The notes under the pieces are model-generated. The model was not told the DNA's origin. It made no database searches and was given only the letters and a program-made list of their open reading frames with translations. A program made the position numbers and the translations under genes. Below are positions 1 to 7,265 of a stretch of 43,984 bases of DNA, in pieces. The DNA comes from a virus: the IMG/VR virus record IMGVR_UViG_3300037466_001599; one strand, given 5' to 3'. The number at the start of each line of letters is the position of its first letter. Within the stretch, counting starts at the first letter, position 1.

Positions 1-127
1 GGAGCGACCTCGCCTCCTGCAAGCTCACCGTCACCCAGCAGTCGGACGCGCTCAAGGCCCAGAACGACGCCATCACCCAGCTCCAGACCGACGCAGAGCA
101 GAGAGCCAAGGCCGCCGACGAAGCCCT
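1..127. repeat. Terminal direct repeat, left copy (identical to 43858..43984); most likely a circular-assembly overlap
   Basis: Read directly: ggagcgacctcgcctcctgcaagctcacc...gccgacgaagccct occurs at both ends of the window, 127 nt, no mismatch seen. Confidence 0.9.
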
Positions 128-263
128 TCGTAAAGCCCAGCAGGACGCCAGGCGCTACAAGGACCGCGCCGAACAGATCGCCAGGGCCAAGCCGAAGTCG
201 GACGATCTCTGCAAGGCCGCCGACCAGCTCATCACCGAAACCCTGTCTGGAGAGCGCCAATGA
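1..263 (+). CDS. i-spanin (Rz-like), 3' portion. The ORF starts at 43695 and continues across the circular junction.
   Basis: Frame from ATG 43695 continues through the repeat to TGA 261-263. It has an N-terminal TM (LYASLAAAAVVLAVLAGLYMWG) and a coiled, charged periplasmic part. The stop overlaps the ATG of a lipoprotein ORF (ATGA). Confidence 0.6.
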   Translation, partial: SDLASCKLTVTQQSDALKAQNDAITQLQTDAEQRAKAADEALRKAQQDARRYKDRAEQIARAKPKSDDLCKAADQLITETLSGERQ

Positions 264-514
264 GAGTCGTGGTCATCCTCTCCGCTCTCCTGCTGGCCTC
301 CTGCGCCACCAAGGAACGGATCGTGGTTCAGAAGGTGAGCGTCCCTGTCGGCGTTCCCTGCAAGGTCAAGATCCCCGATGCGCCGCCCTATGCGGTCGAT
401 GACCTCGACCTCAACGCCAGCATCTTCGACAAGGCCAAGGCGCTGCTGGCCGAACGGGAACAGCGCAAGGCCCGCGAGGCCGAACTGGAGGCCGCCGCCC
501 GCTCGTGCAGCTAG
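260..514 (+). CDS. o-spanin (Rz1-like outer-membrane lipoprotein)
   Basis: Signal peptide with lipobox MRVVVILSALLLAS-C. Small, Pro-rich mature part. ATGA-coupled to the preceding Rz-like ORF. Confidence 0.7.
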   Translation: MRVVVILSALLLASCATKERIVVQKVSVPVGVPCKVKIPDAPPYAVDDLDLNASIFDKAKALLAEREQRKAREAELEAAARSCS

Positions 515-539
515 ACCATCCCATGTGCGTTATGCGCCC

Positions 540-797
540 ATGCTGCTCACGCTGACCGATCTCCAGGTTGAGATGCACGCTCGCGCCGGCGTCGAGGCGA
601 CGGGCATCCGGCTGACACGCGACGAGTTCGAGGAACTGAAGTACATGCGCGGCCGCCCACGCGATCCGCTGATCCAGGACGAGCGAGGCGGGAGGCCCGC
701 GACCGTCATGGGCCTGCCGGTGACGTGGGTGGAGAGGCCCGTGACGCCAAAGCTGTTGCCGCCACTGAAGCGCGCCCGGACTGATCGGCGCCGGTGA
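540..797 (+). CDS. hypothetical protein (85 aa)
   Basis: Internal ATG of ORF 378..797. High third-position GC and a protein-like composition. The upstream part of the ORF overlaps Rz1. Confidence 0.55.
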   Translation: MLLTLTDLQVEMHARAGVEATGIRLTRDEFEELKYMRGRPRDPLIQDERGGRPATVMGLPVTWVERPVTPKLLPPLKRARTDRRR

Positions 798-803
798 TGC
801 GCG

Positions 804-1091
804 CTAAGGCCGCCAGTCCTTCTTCCCCTCAAACGCCGCAATATCCCGAGCCTGAGTGAACGCCACGTCCTGCCGGATGGTGAGTGATCCTTCCTTGGCT
901 CCACAGGCCTTGCAGACCAGGCGCTCGGCGATTTCCTCCAGCGTCGCATCTGGCGCGAAGTCCTCGGCAAGCCTCGCCACATTCCAGCGGGCAGAGTGGC
1001 CATTGGCGCAGCAGAGGTGAACCGCCCAGCCGCGCTCAAGGCACTGGCCTATGGTCTTTCGGAGAGCTTCGTTTTCTAGGCGATAGGGCAT
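804..1091 (-). CDS. hypothetical Cys-containing protein (95 aa) next to attP
   Basis: ORF track. Plausible composition, with HLCCANGH...CKAC suggesting a metal-binding fold. Confidence 0.6.
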   Translation of the reverse strand: MPYRLENEALRKTIGQCLERGWAVHLCCANGHSARWNVARLAEDFAPDATLEEIAERLVCKACGAKEGSLTIRQDVAFTQARDIAAFEGKKDWRP

Positions 1092-1290
1092 GGGCCTGAC
1101 CGTCAGACTCCTGTGATCTTCCTAGGGGGCTTTCGACTGGCACGGAAAGCGAACAGTCTGACGGTTCGCAGCTTTTTCAAAGAGGGTTTACCGCCTCGTC
1201 GGCGATGAACCGCAAACCCAGGCGATTGAAAACACTAGCATATTCTCATTGCGATGGCGAGAAAGTCAGACGCCCGTCAGACTTCTGTCG
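1092..1290. promoter_or_regulatory. putative attP / recombinase arm-site region
   Basis: Non-coding gap directly 3' of int. CCGTCAGACT occurs at 1100-1109 and 1274-1283, inverted (AGTCTGACGG) at 1155-1164, and partially (GTCAGAC) at 1265-1271. The core site is not identifiable without the host sequence. Confidence 0.35.
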
Positions 1291-2443
1291 CCGCCTTGTT
1301 CACCAGACCGCGCTTGACCTGGGCGTTCCGGGCCACCGTCGTATCCCTTGGCAGATACGTGGTCAGGATGCTGCTGACCGATGTGAGCGCATGGCCCGTC
1401 ACTGCGGCGATCTCCGGGATCGTACAATCGTGGCGCGCGAGTTGGACGACGCAGGAGTGTCGGAGCCAGCGCAGCTTAAGGTGCCGGCCGCCCTTTGCGG
1501 TCACGGCAGACCGAACCCCGGCGAACACCTTCACCAGCCGCTCAGCGGTGTAGGCCTTTCCGGTGCTCTCGTCGCGGAACACAAACAGCTCTCCCTTGGC
1601 CATGGGATCGAGCAGGCCCCGCAGTTTCGGCGAAACGGGGATGGTGACTTCCGCGCCGGTCTTGGACTGCGGGAAGCTGAAGACCCCGCCGATGTACTCG
1701 GCGCCGGGCCGGAAGCTCCGCAGGTCCGTGACCCGCTGGCCGATCTCCCACTCCAGAAGAACCATGACCGCGATGCTCAGGCGGCCCATTGCCTCGGCTT
1801 CGGTCACGTACGCGTCGACATCGGCCTGTTCCCAGATCAGCGCCTTGCTCGGTGGCGCCTTGATGCGGATGGCCTGGCAGGGGTTGTCGGTCCGCCACCC
1901 TAGTGCGACGGCATGGCCCATGAGGATCCGCAACGCCTTCAGCGTGTGCTTTTTGGTCGACGCTCTCGCGCCGAACAGAGCCAGGAAGGCCTTGATGTCG
2001 GCCACGGTCAGGTGCGTCGGGTCGGGATGGCCGGCGGCCTCCGACCAGGCGTTGATATTTCGGATATAGGCCTCGTAGTGCTTGCGCGAGGCGGGCTTCA
2101 GGTCTCGCCACTCGTCGCCCGCCTGCCAGTGGCGGACCAGGGCCTTGATGCTGCGGGTCGGTTCGCGGACCACGCCCCGCCGGTCGAGCTGCAACTTCTC
2201 ATATAGCGCCGCCGCGTCGCGCTTGATGCGAGCGAGCTCGTCAGCGTCGCTGAGGTTGCCGGTGCGCTGGCCTTGGACGGGGAGCGGGATTGTCGCTGAC
2301 CAGCCGGACGGTCGCAGTCTCGGTGGGACTTCGAACAGCACGCGGTGCGTCCCGCCCGCGCGCGGGCGAAGCGTGACGAACCTGCCGAGATCGAGCTTGA
2401 CGGTAGGCATCGGGGTCGACGGACCAGACTGGCGGCGGAGCAT
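1277..2443 (-). CDS. int: tyrosine recombinase / phage integrase
   Basis: C-terminal catalytic signature LRWLRHSCVVQLAR (HxxR) and LTTYLPRD (catalytic Tyr), with upstream Arg-containing box I. The start is either 2443 or the internal ATG at 2410. Confidence 0.9.
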   Translation of the reverse strand: MLRRQSGPSTPMPTVKLDLGRFVTLRPRAGGTHRVLFEVPPRLRPSGWSATIPLPVQGQRTGNLSDADELARIKRDAAALYEKLQLDRRGVVREPTRSIKALVRHWQAGDEWRDLKPASRKHYEAYIRNINAWSEAAGHPDPTHLTVADIKAFLALFGARASTKKHTLKALRILMGHAVALGWRTDNPCQAIRIKAPPSKALIWEQADVDAYVTEAEAMGRLSIAVMVLLEWEIGQRVTDLRSFRPGAEYIGGVFSFPQSKTGAEVTIPVSPKLRGLLDPMAKGELFVFRDESTGKAYTAERLVKVFAGVRSAVTAKGGRHLKLRWLRHSCVVQLARHDCTIPEIAAVTGHALTSVSSILTTYLPRDTTVARNAQVKRGLVNKAATEV

Positions 2444-2639
2444 CCTTCACCATACCCAGGGCTTTGAGAACATCGTCACGGTCGAAAAGCGAGGAGCGGC
2501 CGTGATCGCATGGGGATAATTTCAGCGCGCCAGACTTGATCCGACGCCAGAGCGTGACAGCGCTGATCCGCGCCAAGCCGCAGACCTCGGCCGTGGTGAG
2601 GCGCGGCGGCAGGTTCGCGAAGTCCAGGGCCTCGCTCAT
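2241..2639 (-). CDS. xis: AlpA/MerR-type HTH excisionase-like protein
   Basis: MSEALDFANLPPRLTTAEVCGLARISAVTLWRRIKSGAL is a typical AlpA/Xis HTH. The start at 2639 overlaps the upstream stop (TGATG). The frame stays open to 2241, so it overlaps the int 5' end. Confidence 0.7.
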   Translation of the reverse strand: MSEALDFANLPPRLTTAEVCGLARISAVTLWRRIKSGALKLSPCDHGRSSLFDRDDVLKALGMVKDAPPPVWSVDPDAYRQARSRQVRHASPARGRDAPRAVRSPTETATVRLVSDNPAPRPRPAHRQPQRR

Positions 2640-3601
2640 CACTCCTCCCCCCTGGCGTGTGCTTCTGGGTCGGGTTTGAGGGCATCTTGGGCAAGATTGC
2701 CTGCACTCGGCTTCGCCTCGGACTGCGGGCCGTTGTTCTCCGCTGGAAGGTGGCGCTCTGGATTGACGTCCAGCCAGCGCCACAGCTCGCCCGGACGGCC
2801 TTCGATCGCCTCGCCGACGCTCCATTGGCCGTCGATGCAGCCGATGTCGTAGGTGGCCGTGCGCGTACACCACGTCAGCAGGTAGCGCTCGCCCCATCCG
2901 TCATAGGTGGGCTTCTCGTCGCCGAACCGCCGCCAGGGCGTGTCGCCGAGCGGGCGGCCATCGATTCCCGCCGAGCCCCGCCCCTCACTCTCCCGAAGGC
3001 CCGCCTCCGCTCCAGCAACGGACGCCGACCCTTCATGCGCTTGGGCGGCGCGGCGGGCGCGGTCGGCCTTGTCCTTGATGCAGCCCACCTGATCGCAGAC
3101 GTATTCGCCGCAAAGCTCATCGTATGGACAGGGGCCGTCGCCCATGCCGGATAGTTCGCCGCAATATTCCGCCAGCGCGACGGCATCCCACGCAGTCGGT
3201 CCCAACGCCCCCCTAACGGATTGGATGCGGGCCTCGGCGGCTTCGGCGCGTTCGGCCTGTCGGTTCCGTCCGGCCTCCAGAAGGCGGATCGTCTCGTCCC
3301 GACACTCCACGGCATCGGGGAAGCCGAGGCGTTCACCGAGCGGGATGGTGTCCCTGACCGGCTGCCCGTTCTCGCCTAAGGTGAAGCAGTGATCGATCTC
3401 AAGCCGCGCGTGGCAGCGATCCCGTTCTTGTTCCGCTTTCACCCTCGCGGCTTCGGACTCGCGGAGGGCGTTAACGATGGCGTCGAAGTCGTCAGCCGTG
3501 ACATGGCCCGGCGCCGCGCCGATCTTGTGCTTACGTCGCCACGCGGCTGACCGTTCAAACCGCCCAATCAGCTCTTCGTAGCGGCTCACGGCTTCGGTCA
3601 T
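2639..3601 (-). CDS. hypothetical protein (320 aa)
   Basis: ATG 3601 (MTEAVSRYEEL) is ATGA-coupled to the upstream small ORF. The longer 414-aa ORF-track version has an Arg/Pro-rich N-terminus that looks non-coding. Confidence 0.6.
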   Translation of the reverse strand: MTEAVSRYEELIGRFERSAAWRRKHKIGAAPGHVTADDFDAIVNALRESEAARVKAEQERDRCHARLEIDHCFTLGENGQPVRDTIPLGERLGFPDAVECRDETIRLLEAGRNRQAERAEAAEARIQSVRGALGPTAWDAVALAEYCGELSGMGDGPCPYDELCGEYVCDQVGCIKDKADRARRAAQAHEGSASVAGAEAGLRESEGRGSAGIDGRPLGDTPWRRFGDEKPTYDGWGERYLLTWCTRTATYDIGCIDGQWSVGEAIEGRPGELWRWLDVNPERHLPAENNGPQSEAKPSAGNLAQDALKPDPEAHARGEE

Positions 3602-3783
3602 GGGTGGATCTCCAAGAACCACACACATCCGACCATCACGGCGATCCAGAACAGGAACCACCAACCGTTCCGTTGCCGGTTGTAGAAGTAGCTGTTCCCG
3701 ATGTTCCGCGTGGCCCATTCGGCGTAGTTGTGGGTTGCGGCAAAGAGGGCGACGACGAACAGAAGAGCGAGGATCGGATTCAC
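3598..3783 (-). CDS. small membrane protein (61 aa, two hydrophobic segments)
   Basis: ILALLFVVALFAA and WWFLFWIAVMVGCVWFL segments. Coupled to both neighbours. Confidence 0.6.
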   Translation of the reverse strand: MNPILALLFVVALFAATHNYAEWATRNIGNSYFYNRQRNGWWFLFWIAVMVGCVWFLEIHP

Positions 3784-4121
3784 GACGGCTTATCCCCTTG
3801 GAGGAGAGAGGGTTCAGGAGTGCGCCCGGGGCCGTCCTCTTCTGACGACGGCGGCGACAAGTGTTCGCTGCGCTCCCTTGCAACTGGCTTGTGCGAGTTC
3901 TCGCGGATCAGGATGTGATCCCGCCTCCTGATGCACTCGATGAGAAGCTTCGCCGGGAAGTGCCATACGAAGCCGCACGCCCCGCAGACCTGGGTTGCCG
4001 ACGCAACGTCGTCGTTCGTGAGCGCAGCGTAGGTGTGCGCGCCAAGACGGCACCTCCAAGAGCGCTCGCGCCACGGAAGTTGAGTCCACCTCTCGACGGG
4101 GACGGTGATCGTGTAGCCCAT
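3780..4121 (-). CDS. hypothetical protein (113 aa) with CGACG motif
   Basis: ATG 4121 (MGYTITV) is preceded by GGAAGGGGG. The ORF-track start at 4178 lies inside the conserved leader. Confidence 0.55.
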   Translation of the reverse strand: MGYTITVPVERWTQLPWRERSWRCRLGAHTYAALTNDDVASATQVCGACGFVWHFPAKLLIECIRRRDHILIRENSHKPVARERSEHLSPPSSEEDGPGRTPEPSLLQGDKPS

Positions 4122-4176
4122 CACTCGCCCCCTTCCGACTGACTGTGAGGCGCCGTAGCAGCGCAGTCCGAAGGAC
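4122..4176 (-). promoter_or_regulatory. conserved 5' leader element, copy A (hairpin plus possible SD-sequestering stem)
   Basis: Minus strand GTCCTTCGGAC-N4-CTGCTACGGC-N-CCTCA-N-CAGTCGGA(A/G)GGGG is shared with 5525-5580. Confidence 0.4.
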
Positions 4177-4262
4177 AAGCGGCCGCATTCTCGGCAACGG
4201 AGGCCCTATATTCTTCTCTTTCCCCCCTCCCTTTAGAAGACTCATAGGCTTGAGAAGCGCGG

Positions 4263-4472
4263 CTATTCACCTTCCTTCTCCTTTAGGGCTTGGAGGCCGG
4301 CGTCCTCGGCTCTCTCCTTTTGCTCCAAGAACCAAGCGGTTACGCTACAGCCGAGGGGCGCGCCGGTTGCGTGAGCGTAGGCGTGCAAGGCGTTCATCAC
4401 GTCGTTGTAGCCTTCCCAATCCCCGATGCTTTGGCGGTAGGCCGCCATGTAGCGTTCGTTCTTCCCGCTCAT
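4263..4472 (-). CDS. hypothetical protein (69 aa)
   Basis: ATG 4472 is preceded by AAGGAGGAAGC. ATGA overlap with the upstream ORF. Confidence 0.6.
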   Translation of the reverse strand: MSGKNERYMAAYRQSIGDWEGYNDVMNALHAYAHATGAPLGCSVTAWFLEQKERAEDAGLQALKEKEGE

Positions 4473-4684
4473 GCTTCCTCCTTGGGGGGATTTGAGGAGG
4501 GCAGCGGCAAGATCACGACTTGGTTCGTTTTGGCGCACTCCTCACAGATGACGGCCCAATCTCCAACGTGATCAGGAAGAGGATGGCCCCACTGATCTAT
4601 CCGCCCGTCGTAATTCAAGTTGGCGTCGTAAAAGGCTTTGGCGTTGCAAAGGTCGCAGAGGCGATAGTCGGCGGCAGCCATCAC
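4469..4684 (-). CDS. small zinc-ribbon-like protein (71 aa)
   Basis: CDLC ... CEEC pairs. Coupled to neighbours. Confidence 0.65.
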   Translation of the reverse strand: MMAAADYRLCDLCNAKAFYDANLNYDGRIDQWGHPLPDHVGDWAVICEECAKTNQVVILPLPSSNPPKEEA

Positions 4685-5172
4685 TCACCCTCCGCAGAAG
4701 GCTCGGCGTCCGAAGTTGCAGGCGAAGCCGCGCATCCGGGTTGGCTCCGGGCGCTCCCCTCCTGAGGATGGGGAGCGGCGGGGAGGTTGAAAAGCCCGAC
4801 CGGTAATGGCATCCACCAGCGGCAATTGCTGGGCGCTGTCTCTTGCCGATCCTTCGTGCGGATGAAGCGGCCATCGGGCAGCGACGTGGCTTCAAAAGCC
4901 CAGTAGCCGTTGCTCAGGATGACGTCTGATCCATCCCTCGGAGCCGTCTCTATCGGCCTCCACCCGTCTCCCCCTCCTGATTGGGAGAGGAGTTCATCTT
5001 GAGCCGAACTTGCCTGCACGGCTTCGCCGGACTGAGGGTCAGAGGAAGTCGGAAGGGTGGCGCGCGCCGTCTCCCACGCCCACCGGACAACGCTCAGTCC
5101 GTGCTGATCGAGGGTGGCGGTTGGACCCTTGAGGTTGGTGTCAAGGATCGCAGCGGCGAGTGAGAGGTTCAT
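4681..5172 (-). CDS. hypothetical protein with GWRPIETAPRDG motif (163 aa)
   Basis: The W-x-PIETAP-x-DG motif is common in small phage early proteins (DUF551-like). ATGA coupling at both ends. Confidence 0.65.
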   Translation of the reverse strand: MNLSLAAAILDTNLKGPTATLDQHGLSVVRWAWETARATLPTSSDPQSGEAVQASSAQDELLSQSGGGDGWRPIETAPRDGSDVILSNGYWAFEATSLPDGRFIRTKDRQETAPSNCRWWMPLPVGLFNLPAAPHPQEGSARSQPGCAASPATSDAEPSAEGE

Positions 5173-5345
5173 GCGGCCCTCCGCAGCCGGGCGGCTCGGG
5201 ACCGGCCTCGGGCTTTCAGTTCGATGACGCGGCGTTCCTCACGCAGCGGGATCGTGGCTGCTAGAAGCGCCTCGATGCTCTCGACGCGTCGGCGTTCGTC
5301 GTCCGTCAGGAACTCTCGCCAGTCGGCCGACAGGGCCTCGCTCAT
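5169..5345 (-). CDS. hypothetical protein (58 aa)
   Basis: ATG 5345 (MSEALSADW) has GGAGG 6 nt upstream and an ATGA overlap with the upstream ORF. The ORF-track start at 5357 is an alternative. Confidence 0.55.
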   Translation of the reverse strand: MSEALSADWREFLTDDERRRVESIEALLAATIPLREERRVIELKARGRSRAARLRRAA

Positions 5346-5524
5346 TGCGGCCTCCACAGCACGTTGCCGTGCATGTCTTCGATGCGGATGGTTCCGGGGT
5401 TCAGAGCCGCGTGCTCGGCAAGCTGTTCGAAACCCTCGTCCTCGTAGGTGTTGACGACGTAGAAGCCACCCTCGCGAAAGAACACGGTCGGCCGCGTCGG
5501 CGGGTCAGTACGGCGAACGCTCAC
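5342..5524 (-). CDS. hypothetical protein (60 aa)
   Basis: GTG 5524 is preceded by GGAGGGG at about 8 nt. The ATG at 5548 (ORF track) has no SD and lies in the conserved leader. Confidence 0.5.
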   Translation of the reverse strand: MSVRRTDPPTRPTVFFREGGFYVVNTYEDEGFEQLAEHAALNPGTIRIEDMHGNVLWRPQ

Positions 5525-5580
5525 GGGCCGCGCCCCTCCGACTGGCATTGAGGGGCCGTAGCAGTCAGGTCCGAAGGACC
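5525..5580 (-). promoter_or_regulatory. conserved 5' leader element, copy B
   Basis: Paralogue of 4122-4176. CCCCTC could pair with the GAGGGG of the SD. Confidence 0.4.
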
Positions 5581-5623
5581 GACGCCGCTGGGTTGGCTCT
5601 GGGCGGAATCCCTTAGTTCCTCG

Positions 5624-6052
5624 CTATTCGGCATGGACGCCTCCCAGGAGGGAGAGGATGGAGTCGGCTAGATGCAACGCTTCCGGTCGGAACAGTTTTA
5701 GCCGGAAGGGCTCGGCAGTTCTCAGCTCCTTGGCAGCGCGTTGGAGAATGTCAGCAAGCCCCTCCCGGTCAGGGAGAAGAGGGGGGCGGCGGTTCCAGGC
5801 CCAAACAAGCGCGTGCTTCGTCCGGCGCCAGTCCCTATTGATCAAGCCCATCTGCATCGAGGCCCCGCACGCCTTACAGCCAGCCTCCGCGTAGTCCTTG
5901 CCGTTGGGGCGATGGGCGGCACTGCCTCCACAATGCGGACACGGCAGCAGCTCCCCCGTCCCTGCGTCCTCGGGGGTGTGGGGAGAGGAAACTTGGACTG
6001 TTCTTTCTGGATTGCCGGCTACCGCCCTTGCGGGTTTCTCGTTCGCGCTCAT
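5624..6052 (-). CDS. Lar-family restriction-alleviation-like protein with unusual N- and C-terminal extensions
   Basis: CPHCGG ... CKACG ... WAWNRR matches the Lar-family signature (CPFCGG..C..C..AWNRR). The ATG overlaps the tnpB stop (ATGA). Confidence 0.65.
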   Translation of the reverse strand: MSANEKPARAVAGNPERTVQVSSPHTPEDAGTGELLPCPHCGGSAAHRPNGKDYAEAGCKACGASMQMGLINRDWRRTKHALVWAWNRRPPLLPDREGLADILQRAAKELRTAEPFRLKLFRPEALHLADSILSLLGGVHAE

Positions 6053-7236
6053 TGCTGAAGCTCCAGAGTGGTTCCTGCTTCACCGGGCGCCGAAGCGACC
6101 TCCACAGGCATAGACGGCGTGCCTCGCCGCAGGATGTTGATGGCCGCGTTCGTATCGGCGTGGGCCTGGTGGCCGCAGGACCGACAGGAGAAGCGAACGC
6201 CCTCCCGGCTGTCCGCATCCACCACGCCGCACTCCGAGCACGTCCGGCTCGTGTCCTTCGGATCGACGGTCAGCAGGTAGCCGCCGCGATCCTCTAGCTT
6301 GTAGGCCAGCATCTGGGCGAACATGCCCCATCCCTGGTCGAGGATGGCGCGGTTGAGCCCAGCCTTCTGCCTGACGTTCCGGCCGGGGGCCTCAACGGTC
6401 CCTGCGGCCGACGCCGTCATGTTCCGCACCTTCAGATCTTCCAACACGACGACGCCGTGGCTCTTGGCGATCGACGTGCTGGTCTTGTGCAGGAAGTCCT
6501 TGCGGGCGGCGGAAACCCGCGCGTGTAGCCGGGCGACCCGGAGACGTGCCTTCCTGCGGTTGTTGGAACCCTTTTGCTTCCGGGCAAGGGCGCGCTGCGC
6601 CTTGGCTAGCGCCTGAGCAGCCTTCCGGCCCACGTTCGGGCCGACGATTAGTTCGCCGGTCGATAGAGCAGCGAAGACCGTTATGCCACGATCGATCCCG
6701 ACCGACGAAGGCGCAGCGGTTCCCGCTTCTGAATGGTCGGACAAGCACCAGATGCTGGCGTACCATGCGCCCGCTCGGCGGCTGATCGTGATGGAGCGCT
6801 GTTCTCCGACCAATGGCCTGTCCAGGCGCAACGCGATTTCGCCGATCTTTGGGAGTTTGAGCTTCCCGTTTCGGCGACTGGTCCTGCGGATCCGGAATTC
6901 ATTCCCCTTGAGCCGCAGGCTATCGTTGACGCCGCGCCTTCGCGGGCTGGGATAGCCGCCGCCGCGCCAAAAGGAACGGTAAGCGCCGTCCAGGTCGCGG
7001 AGCGCCTGGCCGAGTGAGGTCGCTGGAACGTCGTTGATCCAATCCACCTCGGCGCGGAGGATGGTAACCTCGCGGCTTTGGGTGATGTAGTTGAACGAGC
7101 GCCCACGTCGCCCGAACGTCCGGCGCTGCTCAAGCGCCAGATTGTAGACGTAGCGAACCGCGCCGACCCACGCTGAGAGCCGCGCCTCTTGCTCCGGTGT
7201 CGGATAGAGCCGATAGAGCCGCGCACGAACGGCCAT
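6049..7236 (-). CDS. tnpB: TnpB (IS200/IS605-family OrfB, RNA-guided RuvC nuclease)
   Basis: N-terminus RARLYRLYPTPEQ. RuvC-I GIDRG, RuvC-II VVLEDL, zinc finger CSECG...CRSCG, RuvC-III ADTNAAINI. ATG 7236 is preceded by GGGGAAGGAAG; the ORF-track start at 7269 is less likely. Confidence 0.9.
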   Translation of the reverse strand: MAVRARLYRLYPTPEQEARLSAWVGAVRYVYNLALEQRRTFGRRGRSFNYITQSREVTILRAEVDWINDVPATSLGQALRDLDGAYRSFWRGGGYPSPRRRGVNDSLRLKGNEFRIRRTSRRNGKLKLPKIGEIALRLDRPLVGEQRSITISRRAGAWYASIWCLSDHSEAGTAAPSSVGIDRGITVFAALSTGELIVGPNVGRKAAQALAKAQRALARKQKGSNNRRKARLRVARLHARVSAARKDFLHKTSTSIAKSHGVVVLEDLKVRNMTASAAGTVEAPGRNVRQKAGLNRAILDQGWGMFAQMLAYKLEDRGGYLLTVDPKDTSRTCSECGVVDADSREGVRFSCRSCGHQAHADTNAAINILRRGTPSMPVEVASAPGEAGTTLELQQ

Positions 7237-7265
7237 CTTCCTTCCCCTCTTCTCTGTTCTGGGGT

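Noticed and set aside
3602-3883. N-terminal 94 residues of the 414-aa ORF 2639..3883
   Set aside because: It is Arg/Pro-rich and overlaps two well-coupled small genes (3598..3783 and 3780..4121). The ATG at 3601 is ATGA-coupled and gives a sensible N-terminus.
6019-6026. GGCGGTAG (minus strand), resembling the RfaH ops core GGCGGTAGnnTG, just downstream of tnpB
   Set aside because: Only the 8-nt core matches and the trailing TG is absent. It is far from the NusG-like gene's presumed target (the late leader). An 8-mer match is easily chance in GC-rich DNA.
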